A stretch of 58,787 nt of DNA, counting the filler. It is 6 parts of 6 records of this genome, joined end to end, with 100 filler letters (N's around TTAATTAATTAA, not from the genome) between each part and the next. Parts side by side here need not be neighbours in the genome. Positions count along the whole stretch, not along the records: positions 42,663 to 50,789 come from SRR2962707_1530; positions 50,890 to 58,787 come from SRR2962707_1535; 4 more parts are not named here. One strand, given 5' to 3'. The position numbers were made by a program, and so were the translations under genes. The notes beneath the pieces were generated by a model. That model had not been told where the DNA came from and searched no databases. It was given only the letters and a program-made list of their open reading frames with translations. Each line of letters opens with the position of its first letter. Within the stretch, counting starts at the first letter, position 1. This document shows positions 50,036 to 58,787 of the stretch, piece after piece.

Positions 50036-50789
50036 TTATTTTGCGATGTATAACCATCCTGATTTATCTTCTCCCAATTCATCTATTTTAAGGGAATAAA
50101 AGTATACCCCTGCAGGAAGTTTTTTACCCTTATCTACAGCACCGTTAACATTTGCGGTTCCATCCCAATTGTTTGAATATCCAACGGTTTCATAAACTTT
50201 GTTTCCGTTACGATTAAAAACTCTCAGTTCGTTAGTTGGGTATTTCTCAATACATTCTATTCTGAAATAATCGTTATAACCATCGTTATTAGGTGTAAAT
50301 TCATTAAAAACAGTCAAACAACTCAGTTCGATAATTACTTCCGAAGTATTATTATCAGTATTATCATCTATAGGCGTAGTAGTTCTAATTGATGCTACAT
50401 TGGAATGAACTCCAGTAGGAACTACTTCAACACTAAGTGTTAAGGTTGCTGTCTGGTTTGCCTCTAATAAATCTATTTCCCAAACCCCATTTGAAGGATT
50501 GTAGTAACCTCTATCTGTAGTATGAGTTTTATATATAAATCCTGAATTTATAGTTTCATCAATATTAACATTAGTAAATTCTGTTGCTCCATTATTAGTT
50601 ATAAGAATGGTAAACTCTATGGTTTCTCCCACTAACGGATTTATATTGTTTACTGTTTTTAAAATGTTGATATCCGATACAGGAAGACTTTCTATGGTTA
50701 ACTCATCCGTTGTTGCATCGCTTACTGAATTACCTGAACTATTTGTAGCAGTAGCTTGCACATCATAAACTCCTTCGGCTAAAGCATTC
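50036..50789 (-). CDS. T9SS type-B CTD cargo (Ig-like + DUF11), 5' truncated
   Basis: Frame open to the contig edge; FTPNNDGYND, FNRNG and LPAGVYFY. Confidence 0.88.
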
Positions 50790-50889
50790 NNNNNNNNNNN
50801 NNNNNNNNNNNNNNNNNNNNNNNNNNNNNNNNNTTAATTAATTAANNNNNNNNNNNNNNNNNNNNNNNNNNNNNNNNNNNNNNNNNNNN
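50790..50889. other. Artificial contig linker
   Basis: 44 N + TTAATTAATTAA + 44 N. Confidence 0.99.
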
Positions 50890-50890
50890 A

Positions 50891-50980
50891 TCGCGCGACA
50901 CTGAAATTGGTGTTTCTGTGTGGCGCAGTGACGTGCATCTATTTTCCACGGATACGGGGCTTTCCAAAAAAAGCGACTAA
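50891..50980 (+). CDS. C-terminal fragment, probably a MalK-like ABC ATPase
   Basis: Reads SRDTEIGVSVWRSDVHLFSTDTGLSKKSD*; HLF..TG is typical of TOBE-domain ends. Confidence 0.45.
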   Translation, partial: SRDTEIGVSVWRSDVHLFSTDTGLSKKSD

Positions 50981-51016
50981 TTCAGACCCCATATAGCATT
51001 TATCGCTGCTAAATTA

Positions 51017-51040
51017 TCGACAATTTATCATGATAAATTG
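51017..51040. promoter_or_regulatory. Candidate operator of the winged-helix regulator
   Basis: Perfect 20-bp palindrome CAATTTATCATGATAAATTG (51021-51040) overlapping TCGACAATTTATCA. Confidence 0.55.
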
Positions 51041-51113
51041 CGCCAAAGATGCTACTATCAGCGATGAATCATCAGTGTGCTGATGTCACTAATCTGGGAG
51101 AGTGGACAAAGTC

Positions 51114-51635
51114 ATGAGCGAAGACATTGCAAAAAAACGGAAAATCGTTTCCTCAAGACATTTAGCCTCATCAGAAGGTTGGCAGTTGTCTGAGTTTGAA
51201 TATGGTCTCATCATAGCATTTAACGGCTTTAGCCGGTGGATGAGCAAATGCATGTCGGCGGCTGGTATGCCAGACCTTAGCTCTCTGGAAATTCTCGCGC
51301 TGCACAATATCAACCATCGCGCCAAGCATAAGAAACTTTCAGACATCACGTTTCTGCTTAACATTGAAGATTCGCATGTCGTTAATTACGCGCTCAAAAA
51401 GCTTTTAAAAGCCGGACTGATTGTGGGCGAAAAACGCGGCAAGGAAATGTTTTACAGCACGACTTCAGAAGGCGCGGATGTGTGTGATCGTTACCGCATT
51501 ATTCGCGAACAATGTCTTCTTGATAGCCTGAAACACATGGACGGCGACAATGATGAGCTAAGCGAAATGGGTTCCGCGCTTAGAACATTGTCTGGCCTTT
51601 ACGATCAAGCCTCTCGGTCAGCTAGCTCCCTTTAA
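51114..51635 (+). CDS. MarR-type winged-helix regulator
   Basis: IVSSRHLA, LSEFEYGL, LNIEDSHVVNYALKKL and LSGLYDQA; start may be GTG 51102. Confidence 0.85.
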   Translation: MSEDIAKKRKIVSSRHLASSEGWQLSEFEYGLIIAFNGFSRWMSKCMSAAGMPDLSSLEILALHNINHRAKHKKLSDITFLLNIEDSHVVNYALKKLLKAGLIVGEKRGKEMFYSTTSEGADVCDRYRIIREQCLLDSLKHMDGDNDELSEMGSALRTLSGLYDQASRSASSL

Positions 51636-52933
51636 TTATTCATCAGGCTTGGTAAATAGGTTACGATGGTTGGCACAAGTGTGATCAATCCAACGGCGAC
51701 GAGTAGCATCAAGAAAAATGGCAATGCGGCTCTGGCGATCTTTAAAATGTCAAAGCCCGTAAGCCCCTGAATGACGAATAGATTAAACCCCACAGGCGGC
51801 GTGATCTGAGACATCTCGACAACGATTACCAAATAGATGCCAAACCAAAGTGGATCAATGCCAACGCTTTCGACCATTGGCATGACAATCGATGTTGTGA
51901 GAACAACGACGGAAATCCCGTCCAAAAAGCACCCCAAAATAATGAAGAAAATCGTCAGTGCGCCGAGCAGCGCATAGGGCGATAGATTAAACGAACCAAT
52001 CCACGCAGCAAGGTTGCGCGGGATACCGGTAAAGCCCATCGCGACAGACAGGAACGCAGCACCCACGAGGATGAACGCAATCATCGCAGATGTAATAGTG
52101 GCTCCCATCAAAGCTTCTTTGAGCATGTCTTTTGACAGCGAATTGTTCCACCAAGCTAAGACCACCGACAACACAACACCGACAGCGGCGGCGTCGGTTG
52201 GGGACGCGATGCCTGCATAGATGGATCCGATAACACCAGCGATCAGCGCTAAGACGGGGATCAAGCGCTTAGAAGCGGCAAGTTTTTCACGCAGGGTAAA
52301 GCGTTCATCTGATGGCGGGAAAATACCTGGGTTAAGCAGAGCGATAAGCATGACGTAACCGGCAAACATCGCGACAAGCATAAGGCCCGGCAAAACACCG
52401 GCGATGAAAAGACGCGCAATGGATTGCTCTGTCGCCACGCCGTAAACGATCATGATAATCGAAGGCGGGATGAGCAAGCCCAATGTTGCCGAACCAGCAA
52501 GCGTGCCCAAAATGAGTTTTTCTGGATAGCCGCGAGCGGTGAGTTCTGGGATCGACATTTTACCAATTGTTGCAGCGGTTGCGGCAGAAGAGCCGGATAC
52601 TGCAGCGAAGATGGCGCAGCCAAAAACATTCACATGTAACAAGCGGCCGGGCAATCGGCTCAGCCATGGAGACAGGCCGCTAAACATATCGTCCGATAGC
52701 CGCGAGCGGAGCAAGATTTCGCCCATCAAAATAAACATCGGCAATGCAGCCAGCGCCCAGGAATTACTGTTGCCCCAAAATGTGGTGGCAAGAATTGGCC
52801 CGATGGGCGCATTTGACATGAGCGCCATAGAGAGTACGCCGGTCACAACCAATGCAAAGGCAACCCAAACACCCGCAGCAAGCATAGCGATAAGGGCAAC
52901 AAGCAATCCAAATATGATCATTATTTCTGACAT
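51632..52933 (-). CDS. dctM: TRAP transporter large permease
   Basis: ALPMFILMG, AVSGSSAAT, LIPPS and ITPPVG. Confidence 0.93.
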   Translation of the reverse strand: MSEIMIIFGLLVALIAMLAAGVWVAFALVVTGVLSMALMSNAPIGPILATTFWGNSNSWALAALPMFILMGEILLRSRLSDDMFSGLSPWLSRLPGRLLHVNVFGCAIFAAVSGSSAATAATIGKMSIPELTARGYPEKLILGTLAGSATLGLLIPPSIIMIVYGVATEQSIARLFIAGVLPGLMLVAMFAGYVMLIALLNPGIFPPSDERFTLREKLAASKRLIPVLALIAGVIGSIYAGIASPTDAAAVGVVLSVVLAWWNNSLSKDMLKEALMGATITSAMIAFILVGAAFLSVAMGFTGIPRNLAAWIGSFNLSPYALLGALTIFFIILGCFLDGISVVVLTTSIVMPMVESVGIDPLWFGIYLVIVVEMSQITPPVGFNLFVIQGLTGFDILKIARAALPFFLMLLVAVGLITLVPTIVTYLPSLMNN

Positions 52934-52941
52934 GATGGGCC

Positions 52942-53469
52942 CTACATTGTTTCGTTATAGTCGATGACAGGCTCGCGCTTGGCGATGGTTTGAACCAGCA
53001 CGTCAATCAAAGCGATGGAGAATATGATCATGCCCACAACAACAGAAGTTTGCGGTATCCATAGCGGGATCGAGATCATGCCCGTCGATTGGTCGCCAAA
53101 GCGGTAGGAATCGCGCAGCAAGATCATCATGTAATAGGTCGCCCAGACAGAGGTCGCGGCGCATAATGCAAGCGAAAAGACTTCTGCGACGAAGCGCGCG
53201 CGGCTTTCACCCAGTTGGTTCAAAACGAGTGTCACGCGAATATGGCCGCCTTTTGTGAAGGTGTACGCCAGCGCCAGAAACGACGATGCGGCCAAAAAAT
53301 ATCCAGCAAAGCTGGCATAGGAAGGGATGGTAAATGAGTAATCTGCGCCGCCAATCTTAGCGATGAGATTTAAGAAAACCTGCGCCGTGACAAGGAGGCA
53401 AATAAGAAGGACCAGTCCGGCCGCGAGTGCGCCGCTGATGGTATAAAGCCGATCAAGAAATTTCCGCAT
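52942..53469 (-). CDS. dctQ: TRAP transporter small permease
   Basis: Four TM helices, GGHIRV and IPLWIPQ. Confidence 0.9.
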   Translation of the reverse strand: MRKFLDRLYTISGALAAGLVLLICLLVTAQVFLNLIAKIGGADYSFTIPSYASFAGYFLAASSFLALAYTFTKGGHIRVTLVLNQLGESRARFVAEVFSLALCAATSVWATYYMMILLRDSYRFGDQSTGMISIPLWIPQTSVVVGMIIFSIALIDVLVQTIAKREPVIDYNETM

Positions 53470-53489
53470 TATGCTCTCCCTGCATAAAG

Positions 53490-53512
53490 CAGCGCCCCAA
53501 AATGGGGCGCTG
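53490..53512 (-). terminator. Intercistronic hairpin after dctP
   Basis: CAGCGCCCCA-AAA-TGGGGCGCTG. Confidence 0.55.
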
Positions 53513-53522
53513 AAAGATCAAT

Positions 53523-54497
53523 TTATTTGTTGTAAGCGTCTACGATTGCTTTGGCTTCAGGTGAGGCTGTTTCCTGAAAATCGGCCTGCATTTGCGCGCC
53601 AATTTCTTGAAGGCCGGCAATCAATTCAGCGCTCGGCGTATCAACAGTCATGCCATTGGCTTGAAGTTCAGCCGTTTTGGCTTCTGTCTCAGCTTTGCTC
53701 ATTTCCCAGCCGCGTGTTTCAGCTTTCGCTGCTGCATCGAGAACTGCTTTTTGCGTATCGGCATCAAGCGCATCAAAGGCTGCTTTGTTCACAACAACAA
53801 TGTTTTTTGGAACCCAAGCGTTGATCGGTGAGTAATGCGTTACATAATCCCACGCTTTGGTGTTTGCGCCAGTTGATGGTGATGTGATCATCGCTTCAAC
53901 TTGGCCTGTTGAGAAAGCCTGCGGAATGTCTGCAGCTTCAACCTGCGTTGGGGCAGCACCAGCCAATTGTGAGAATTTCTCAAGAGCGGCATTATAAGCA
54001 CGGAATTTCAAACCGCTTAGATCCGCCACCGTTTTGATTTCATTCTTTGTATAAAGACCCTGTGGAGGCCATGCGACAGAAAACAATGGCATCAAGTTCT
54101 GCTTGGCGAGCAATTCTGTAATCACAGGCTTTTGCACAGACCAAAGCTTCGTAGCATCTTCATAGCTTGTCGCAAGGAATGGCTCAGAGTCCAAACCGAA
54201 GGCTGCGTTCTCATTTGACAAGGTCGATAGGAAGAATTCACCGATCGGCACTTGCTGGCTGCGCACAGCGTTTTTAATTTCGCCATGTTTGATCAATGAA
54301 CCTGCTGAATGAACGGTAATGTTCAATCCACCATTTGTTGCGGCTTTTACATCATCTGCAAATTCAGCGATGTTTACTGTGTGGAATGTTTTATCGGAGT
54401 AAGGTGTTGGCATGTCCCAGTCAGTTGCAAGCGCATGACCGAGCGTTGCCGTAACTGCAAATGCTGTCGCGATTGCTGTACGGGTAATATGTTTCAT
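53523..54497 (-). CDS. dctP: TRAP substrate-binding protein (pyroglutamate-binding DctP6/7-like)
   Basis: Signal peptide, WDMPTPY, WPPQGLY and GLKFRAY; GGAGG RBS. Confidence 0.88.
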   Translation of the reverse strand: MKHITRTAIATAFAVTATLGHALATDWDMPTPYSDKTFHTVNIAEFADDVKAATNGGLNITVHSAGSLIKHGEIKNAVRSQQVPIGEFFLSTLSNENAAFGLDSEPFLATSYEDATKLWSVQKPVITELLAKQNLMPLFSVAWPPQGLYTKNEIKTVADLSGLKFRAYNAALEKFSQLAGAAPTQVEAADIPQAFSTGQVEAMITSPSTGANTKAWDYVTHYSPINAWVPKNIVVVNKAAFDALDADTQKAVLDAAAKAETRGWEMSKAETEAKTAELQANGMTVDTPSAELIAGLQEIGAQMQADFQETASPEAKAIVDAYNK

Positions 54498-54600
54498 TCT
54501 TAGTGCCTCCGTTTGATTTCTCATTTGCCCGACGGGCAAAATGTAAATTGCAAAATATAATTTGGTTGCCACGATAAGATAACGCTTCTAAAAAGCAACA

Positions 54601-54634
54601 TTGACAATTTGTCAGCGTTTTGACAATAAATCAA
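54601..54634. promoter_or_regulatory. Two TGACAA-T-TTGTCA-type operators in the divergent dctP/oxoprolinase promoter
   Basis: TGACAATTTGTCA (54602-54614, perfect palindrome) and TTGACAATAAATCAA (54620-54634). Confidence 0.65.
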
Positions 54635-54671
54635 CATTAAAATTTTTAAGTCGTTTTGAGAGGATAGTATT

Positions 54672-57600
54672 TTGGGAAAGTGGGATTTTTGGATCGACCG
54701 TGGCGGCACCTTCACAGATATCGTCGCGCGCACGCCTGATGGCACCTTGAAACCGCATAAGCTGCTTTCGGAAAATCCTGAAGCTTATCCCGATGCTGCT
54801 ATCCAAGGCATTCGTGATTTGATGGGCATAGCCCAGAGTGACGCAATTCCAGCCGACCAGATCGCGACCGTGAAAATGGGCACAACTGTCGCCACGAATG
54901 CGTTACTTGAGCGCAATGGCGACCGTGTCTTGCTGCTCACCAATAAGGGCTTTGCTGATGCGCTAGAGATTGGTTATCAGGCCCGCCCTCGCCTTTTTGA
55001 TCGCGAAATTAAAAAGCCAGAGCTTCTTTATGAGCAAGTGGCAGAAGTGTCGGGTCGCTATTTAAACGATGGAACAGAAGAACAGCCGCTGGATGAAGCA
55101 GAGGCTGAAGCGGCGCTGCAAGCGGCCTATGATGCAGGCATTCGTTCCGTTGCGATTGTGTTTATGCACGGCTACCGCTTTACGGCCCATGAGGAACGCG
55201 CAGCTGAGATCGCGAAAAAGATTGGCTTTACACAAATCTCGCCGAGCCACCAGATTTCGCCGCTGATAAAATTTGTCGGCCGCGGTGATACAACCGTCGT
55301 GGACGCTTATCTCTCTCCAATCCTTCGTCGCTATGTTGACCAAGTGGCCAGCGAACTTGGCGGCGAAGATACCGGTCTGCAATTGATGTTTATGATGTCG
55401 TCTGGCGGACTCACTGCAGCGAACCTATTTCAAGGCCGCGATGCAATCCTATCTGGCCCTGCGGGCGGTATTGTCGGCGCTGTCGAAACCAGCAAAATTG
55501 CTGGCTATGAAAAAATCATCGGCTTTGACATGGGCGGCACATCAACCGATGTCGCCCATTATGCAGGCGAACTAGAAAAAGACTTCGAGACCGAAGTTGC
55601 AGGCGTTCGTATGCGTGCACCGATGATGAAAATTCACACAGTCGCTGCCGGTGGCGGCTCGCTGCTTACTTATGACGGCGCTCGCTTTCGCGTTGGCCCG
55701 CAGTCAGCTGGCGCGAACCCTGGCCCTGCCAGCTATCGGCGCGGCGGCCCACTGGCCGTCACCGATGCCAATGTGATGCTTGGCAAATTACAGCCGCAAT
55801 ATTTCCCATCAGTATTTGGTCCTGACCAAAAGCAACCGCTTGACCGCGATGCGGCGCGGGTAAAATTTGAAGAGATCGCAACCGCCTCAAACAATGGCAC
55901 GCCAGAAGAAATTGCCGAGGGGTTTTTGAAAATCGCTGTCGAAAATATGGCCAATGCGATCAAGAAAATATCGGTCCAGCGCGGCTATGATATTACGCGC
56001 TATGCGCTCACCTGTTTTGGCGGTGCGGGCGGGCAACACGCCTGCGCGGTGGCTGATGTGCTGGGCATGAAGACAGTTATCATCCATCCGTTTTCTGGCA
56101 TCCTATCGGCCTATGGCATGGGCCTTGCCGACATTAAAGCAGCGCGCCAGCGCAGCCTAGAACAACTATTGGATGAAGACCTTTTAAAGGACATTCAAAC
56201 TACCAGCGCCCAGCTTGAGGATGAGGCCCGCGCAGAACTCAAAAGCCAAGGCGTGACGGAAGCCCAGACCCGCGTGAGCGTGATCTGCCATCTTAAATAT
56301 AAGGGCACAGATTCCACCATTGAAGTGCCATTTGATGCGCTCGATAAAATGGTTAAGCACTTTGAGCGCATTCACAAAGAGCAATTCGGCTTCATCATGG
56401 CTGATGCTGAACTTGTGGTTGAGTTGATTGATGTTGAAGCCAGCGGCGGCGGCGCATCGAATTTAGAAACAAGCCAAGACACGGTGACAGGTGATGCCGA
56501 GCCGCTTGAGCAAACCAAGTTTTATTCCAATGGCGTATGGCAGGATGCCTCCGTCTATCGGCGCAATTTGTTAAAGCCTGGCCAGAAGATAATGGGCCCT
56601 GCAATCATCATCGAAGAGATTGGAACCATCGTTGTTGAGCCAGGTTGGGCCGCAAGCGTCAACGCTTATTCGCACATCATTCTGACGAAAGTTGCCGAGG
56701 CCAATATGAGCGATAGTATCAGCACCAAAGCTGATCCGGTCATGCTGGAAGTGTTCAATAATCTGTTCATGTCGATTGCCGAACAGATGGGCGTGCGCCT
56801 GCAAAAAACGGCGCGATCAACCAACATCAAAGAGCGTCTGGATTTCTCCTGCGCGCTGTTTGATGGCACTGGTTCGTTGATCGCCAATGCACCGCATACG
56901 CCGGTGCATTTAGGTTCGATGGACCGATCTGTTGAAAGCGTAATCGCTGCCCACCCTAAAATGACACGCGGCGATGTGTTCGTCACCAACGCGCCTTATA
57001 ATGGCGGCACGCATTTGCCCGACATTACGGTGGTGACACCGGTCTTCGGCAAAGACGCGCATGAGCCACTATTCTTTGTTGCATCACGTGGACACCACGC
57101 TGATGTGGGCGGCATTGCACCCGGCTCTATGACGCCTTTAGCGACGAGCATCGAACAAGAAGGCGTTGTGCTGGATAATCTCAAGCTGGTCGAAAACGGC
57201 AATTTCTTGGATAAGGAAATCCGCGCCAAACTGGATGGCGGACAATATCCGTGCCGTAATACAGATCAAAATGTTGCCGATCTGAAAGCGCAAATTGCGG
57301 CCAATGAAAAAGGCGTGCAGGAAATTCAGTCGATGGTTGATGGCTTTGGGCTTGATGTCGTCAACGCCTATATGGGCCATGTGCGTGACTATGCTGAAGA
57401 ATGCGTGCGCCGCGTTATCTCCACCCTATCGGACGGTGAAGCGGAAGTTTATTTCGACCAAGGTTGCAAGATTGCTGTCAAGCTGAGCGTTGATAAAGAG
57501 AAGCGCACCGCGACACTGGATTTCAGCGGCACAAGCCCGCAGCAGGCCGACAATTTCAATGCGCCGGAACCTGTCACTCGCGCGGCGGTGCTCTATGCGT

Positions 57601-58262
57601 TCCGCTGTATGGTGGACGATGATATTCCGATGAATGCGGGGTGTATGCGTCCGCTCAATATCATTTTGCCTGAGCGGTCCATGTTAACGCCTGAATATCC
57701 AGCAGCCGTTGTGGCTGGCAATGTGGAGGTTAGCCAAGCGGTGACCGATTGTCTGTTTGCAGCGCTTGATGCGATTGCAGGTGCACAAGGCACGATGAAT
57801 AATTTCAACTTTGGTGACGATGAATACCAATATTATGAAACGATTTGCGGCGGCTCTGGCGCCGGTCCAGGCTTTAACGGTGCTCATGCGGTCCATACAC
57901 ATATGACCAATACGCGCCTGACCGATCCCGAGGTCTTGGAGCTTCGCTATCCAGTGGTGCTTGAAAAATTCCAGATACGGCGCGGCTCTGGCGGTGCAGG
58001 CAAATGGCATGGCGGCGATGGTCTTAACCGCACCATACGCTTCTTAAAGCGCATGGATGTGTCCTTCCTATGTGGACGGCGCGAAGTGCCGCCAAGCGGC
58101 CTAGCGGGCGGCTCCAACGGTCTTTGTGGCCGCAATGCCAAGCGCCTTGCCGATGGCCGCGTGGAAGAACTTGCGGGCCGCGTTCAGATTGTCTGCGAAG
58201 CCGGTGAAGCGGTGATTATTCAAACACCATCAGGCGGCGGCTATGGCTCGCCCGTTGATTAA
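54672..58262 (+). CDS. ATP-hydrolysing 5-oxoprolinase (fused hydantoinase A/B family), 1196 aa
   Basis: [35 protein letters not shown] and [11 protein letters not shown] start. Confidence 0.9.
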   Translation: MGKWDFWIDRGGTFTDIVARTPDGTLKPHKLLSENPEAYPDAAIQGIRDLMGIAQSDAIPADQIATVKMGTTVATNALLERNGDRVLLLTNKGFADALEIGYQARPRLFDREIKKPELLYEQVAEVSGRYLNDGTEEQPLDEAEAEAALQAAYDAGIRSVAIVFMHGYRFTAHEERAAEIAKKIGFTQISPSHQISPLIKFVGRGDTTVVDAYLSPILRRYVDQVASELGGEDTGLQLMFMMSSGGLTAANLFQGRDAILSGPAGGIVGAVETSKIAGYEKIIGFDMGGTSTDVAHYAGELEKDFETEVAGVRMRAPMMKIHTVAAGGGSLLTYDGARFRVGPQSAGANPGPASYRRGGPLAVTDANVMLGKLQPQYFPSVFGPDQKQPLDRDAARVKFEEIATASNNGTPEEIAEGFLKIAVENMANAIKKISVQRGYDITRYALTCFGGAGGQHACAVADVLGMKTVIIHPFSGILSAYGMGLADIKAARQRSLEQLLDEDLLKDIQTTSAQLEDEARAELKSQGVTEAQTRVSVICHLKYKGTDSTIEVPFDALDKMVKHFERIHKEQFGFIMADAELVVELIDVEASGGGASNLETSQDTVTGDAEPLEQTKFYSNGVWQDASVYRRNLLKPGQKIMGPAIIIEEIGTIVVEPGWAASVNAYSHIILTKVAEANMSDSISTKADPVMLEVFNNLFMSIAEQMGVRLQKTARSTNIKERLDFSCALFDGTGSLIANAPHTPVHLGSMDRSVESVIAAHPKMTRGDVFVTNAPYNGGTHLPDITVVTPVFGKDAHEPLFFVASRGHHADVGGIAPGSMTPLATSIEQEGVVLDNLKLVENGNFLDKEIRAKLDGGQYPCRNTDQNVADLKAQIAANEKGVQEIQSMVDGFGLDVVNAYMGHVRDYAEECVRRVISTLSDGEAEVYFDQGCKIAVKLSVDKEKRTATLDFSGTSPQQADNFNAPEPVTRAAVLYAFRCMVDDDIPMNAGCMRPLNIILPERSMLTPEYPAAVVAGNVEVSQAVTDCLFAALDAIAGAQGTMNNFNFGDDEYQYYETICGGSGAGPGFNGAHAVHTHMTNTRLTDPEVLELRYPVVLEKFQIRRGSGGAGKWHGGDGLNRTIRFLKRMDVSFLCGRREVPPSGLAGGSNGLCGRNAKRLADGRVEELAGRVQIVCEAGEAVIIQTPSGGGYGSPVD

Positions 58263-58263
58263 G

Positions 58264-58296
58264 AAAAAGGCCGCATGGACATTCCATGCGGCCTTT
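58264..58296. terminator. Bidirectional Rho-independent terminator
   Basis: AAAAA-GGCCGCATGGA-CAT-TCCATGCGGCC-TTT between convergent genes. Confidence 0.85.
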
Positions 58297-58324
58297 GAAA
58301 TCTAATCTCGATGAAATGTTCAGA

Positions 58325-58787
58325 TTACAGGCTTGGTAGCGGTGGTAATTCCTGACCCAACCATTTTTCTGACAATGCGTTTAATTCACCGCTTAGCTTT
58401 TTGTGAAGGATGAAAACATTGACCACTTGCAGAAGGTCAAAGTTACCTTTTTTAACGCCGATAAAAGCGGGTGAATCCTTGATGATGAATTTTGTTTGAA
58501 TATCAAGATCAGGGTTTTCTCCAGATAGAGCCGCAGCAGCCGTGTTGCCTGAAACAAGCACATCAACCTGACCCGAAAGATAGGCGGTCAATGTCGCTGC
58601 ATTATCGCCAAAGCGAATGATTTCGGCGTCTTTCGGGCCTTTTTCAGTTAGCTCAAGATCTTCCAAAGTGCCGCCTGTAAGACCAACCTTCATGCCTGAC
58701 AAATCTGCCATTGACGAGATCGCCAATTCTTCTTTTGCAAAAGCACCAGAGAAGAATGGGGCATAGGCACTTGAGAACCAGATCGAT
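58325..58787 (-). CDS. Amino-acid ABC transporter substrate-binding protein (family 3), 5' truncated
   Basis: Frame open to the window end (FSSAYAPFF); DLSGMKVG, LSGQVD and LSEKWLG. Confidence 0.85.
   Translation of the reverse strand, partial: SIWFSSAYAPFFSGAFAKEELAISSMADLSGMKVGLTGGTLEDLELTEKGPKDAEIIRFGDNAATLTAYLSGQVDVLVSGNTAAAALSGENPDLDIQTKFIIKDSPAFIGVKKGNFDLLQVVNVFILHKKLSGELNALSEKWLGQELPPLPSL

Noticed and set aside
36053-50789. Eukaryote-to-bacterium transfer or genomic islands implied by GC shifts
   Set aside because: All shifts coincide with the linkers; these are separate organisms.
15949-50889. Five identical TTAATTAATTAA motifs within N-runs as a biological repeat, and ORFs ending ...XXXLIN
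   Set aside because: Fixed 44+12+44 layout at abrupt compositional switches shows concatenation linkers.

Overview
This window is not one locus. It is six contigs joined by artificial 100-nt linkers (44 N + TTAATTAATTAA + 44 N). (1) 1-15948, alphaproteobacterial accessory region (Rhodobacteraceae-like by my judgement): two orphan membrane proteins, a GST, a 1534-aa nuclease-STAND NTPase (Avs2-like anti-phage protein) and a two-component system with an RND efflux operon. Every module boundary carries clusters of the same degenerate inverted-box repeat, which is the best candidate here for an undescribed gene-cassette system. (2) 16049-27486 and (3) 27587-35952, Devosia-like housekeeping contigs that probably join inside petB: petABC, trmL, hemF, CCA enzyme, NUDIX proteins, GNAT with a candidate leader peptide, yqjG, a MurL-like epimerase, TerC with a structured leader, TetR/MFS, apt. 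(4) 36053-42562, a eukaryotic (protist) contig with a spliced HYLS1-like centriolar gene and a spliced TSP3-repeat/GPS-domain multipass receptor. (5) 42663-50789, an AT-rich Flavobacteriaceae T9SS type-B cargo/PorP/PorE-like cluster. (6) 50890-58787, an alphaproteobacterial TRAP transporter plus 5-oxoprolinase locus. No tRNA, rRNA, CRISPR array, transposase or integrase was seen. All calls come from reading motifs by eye; no database searches were run.
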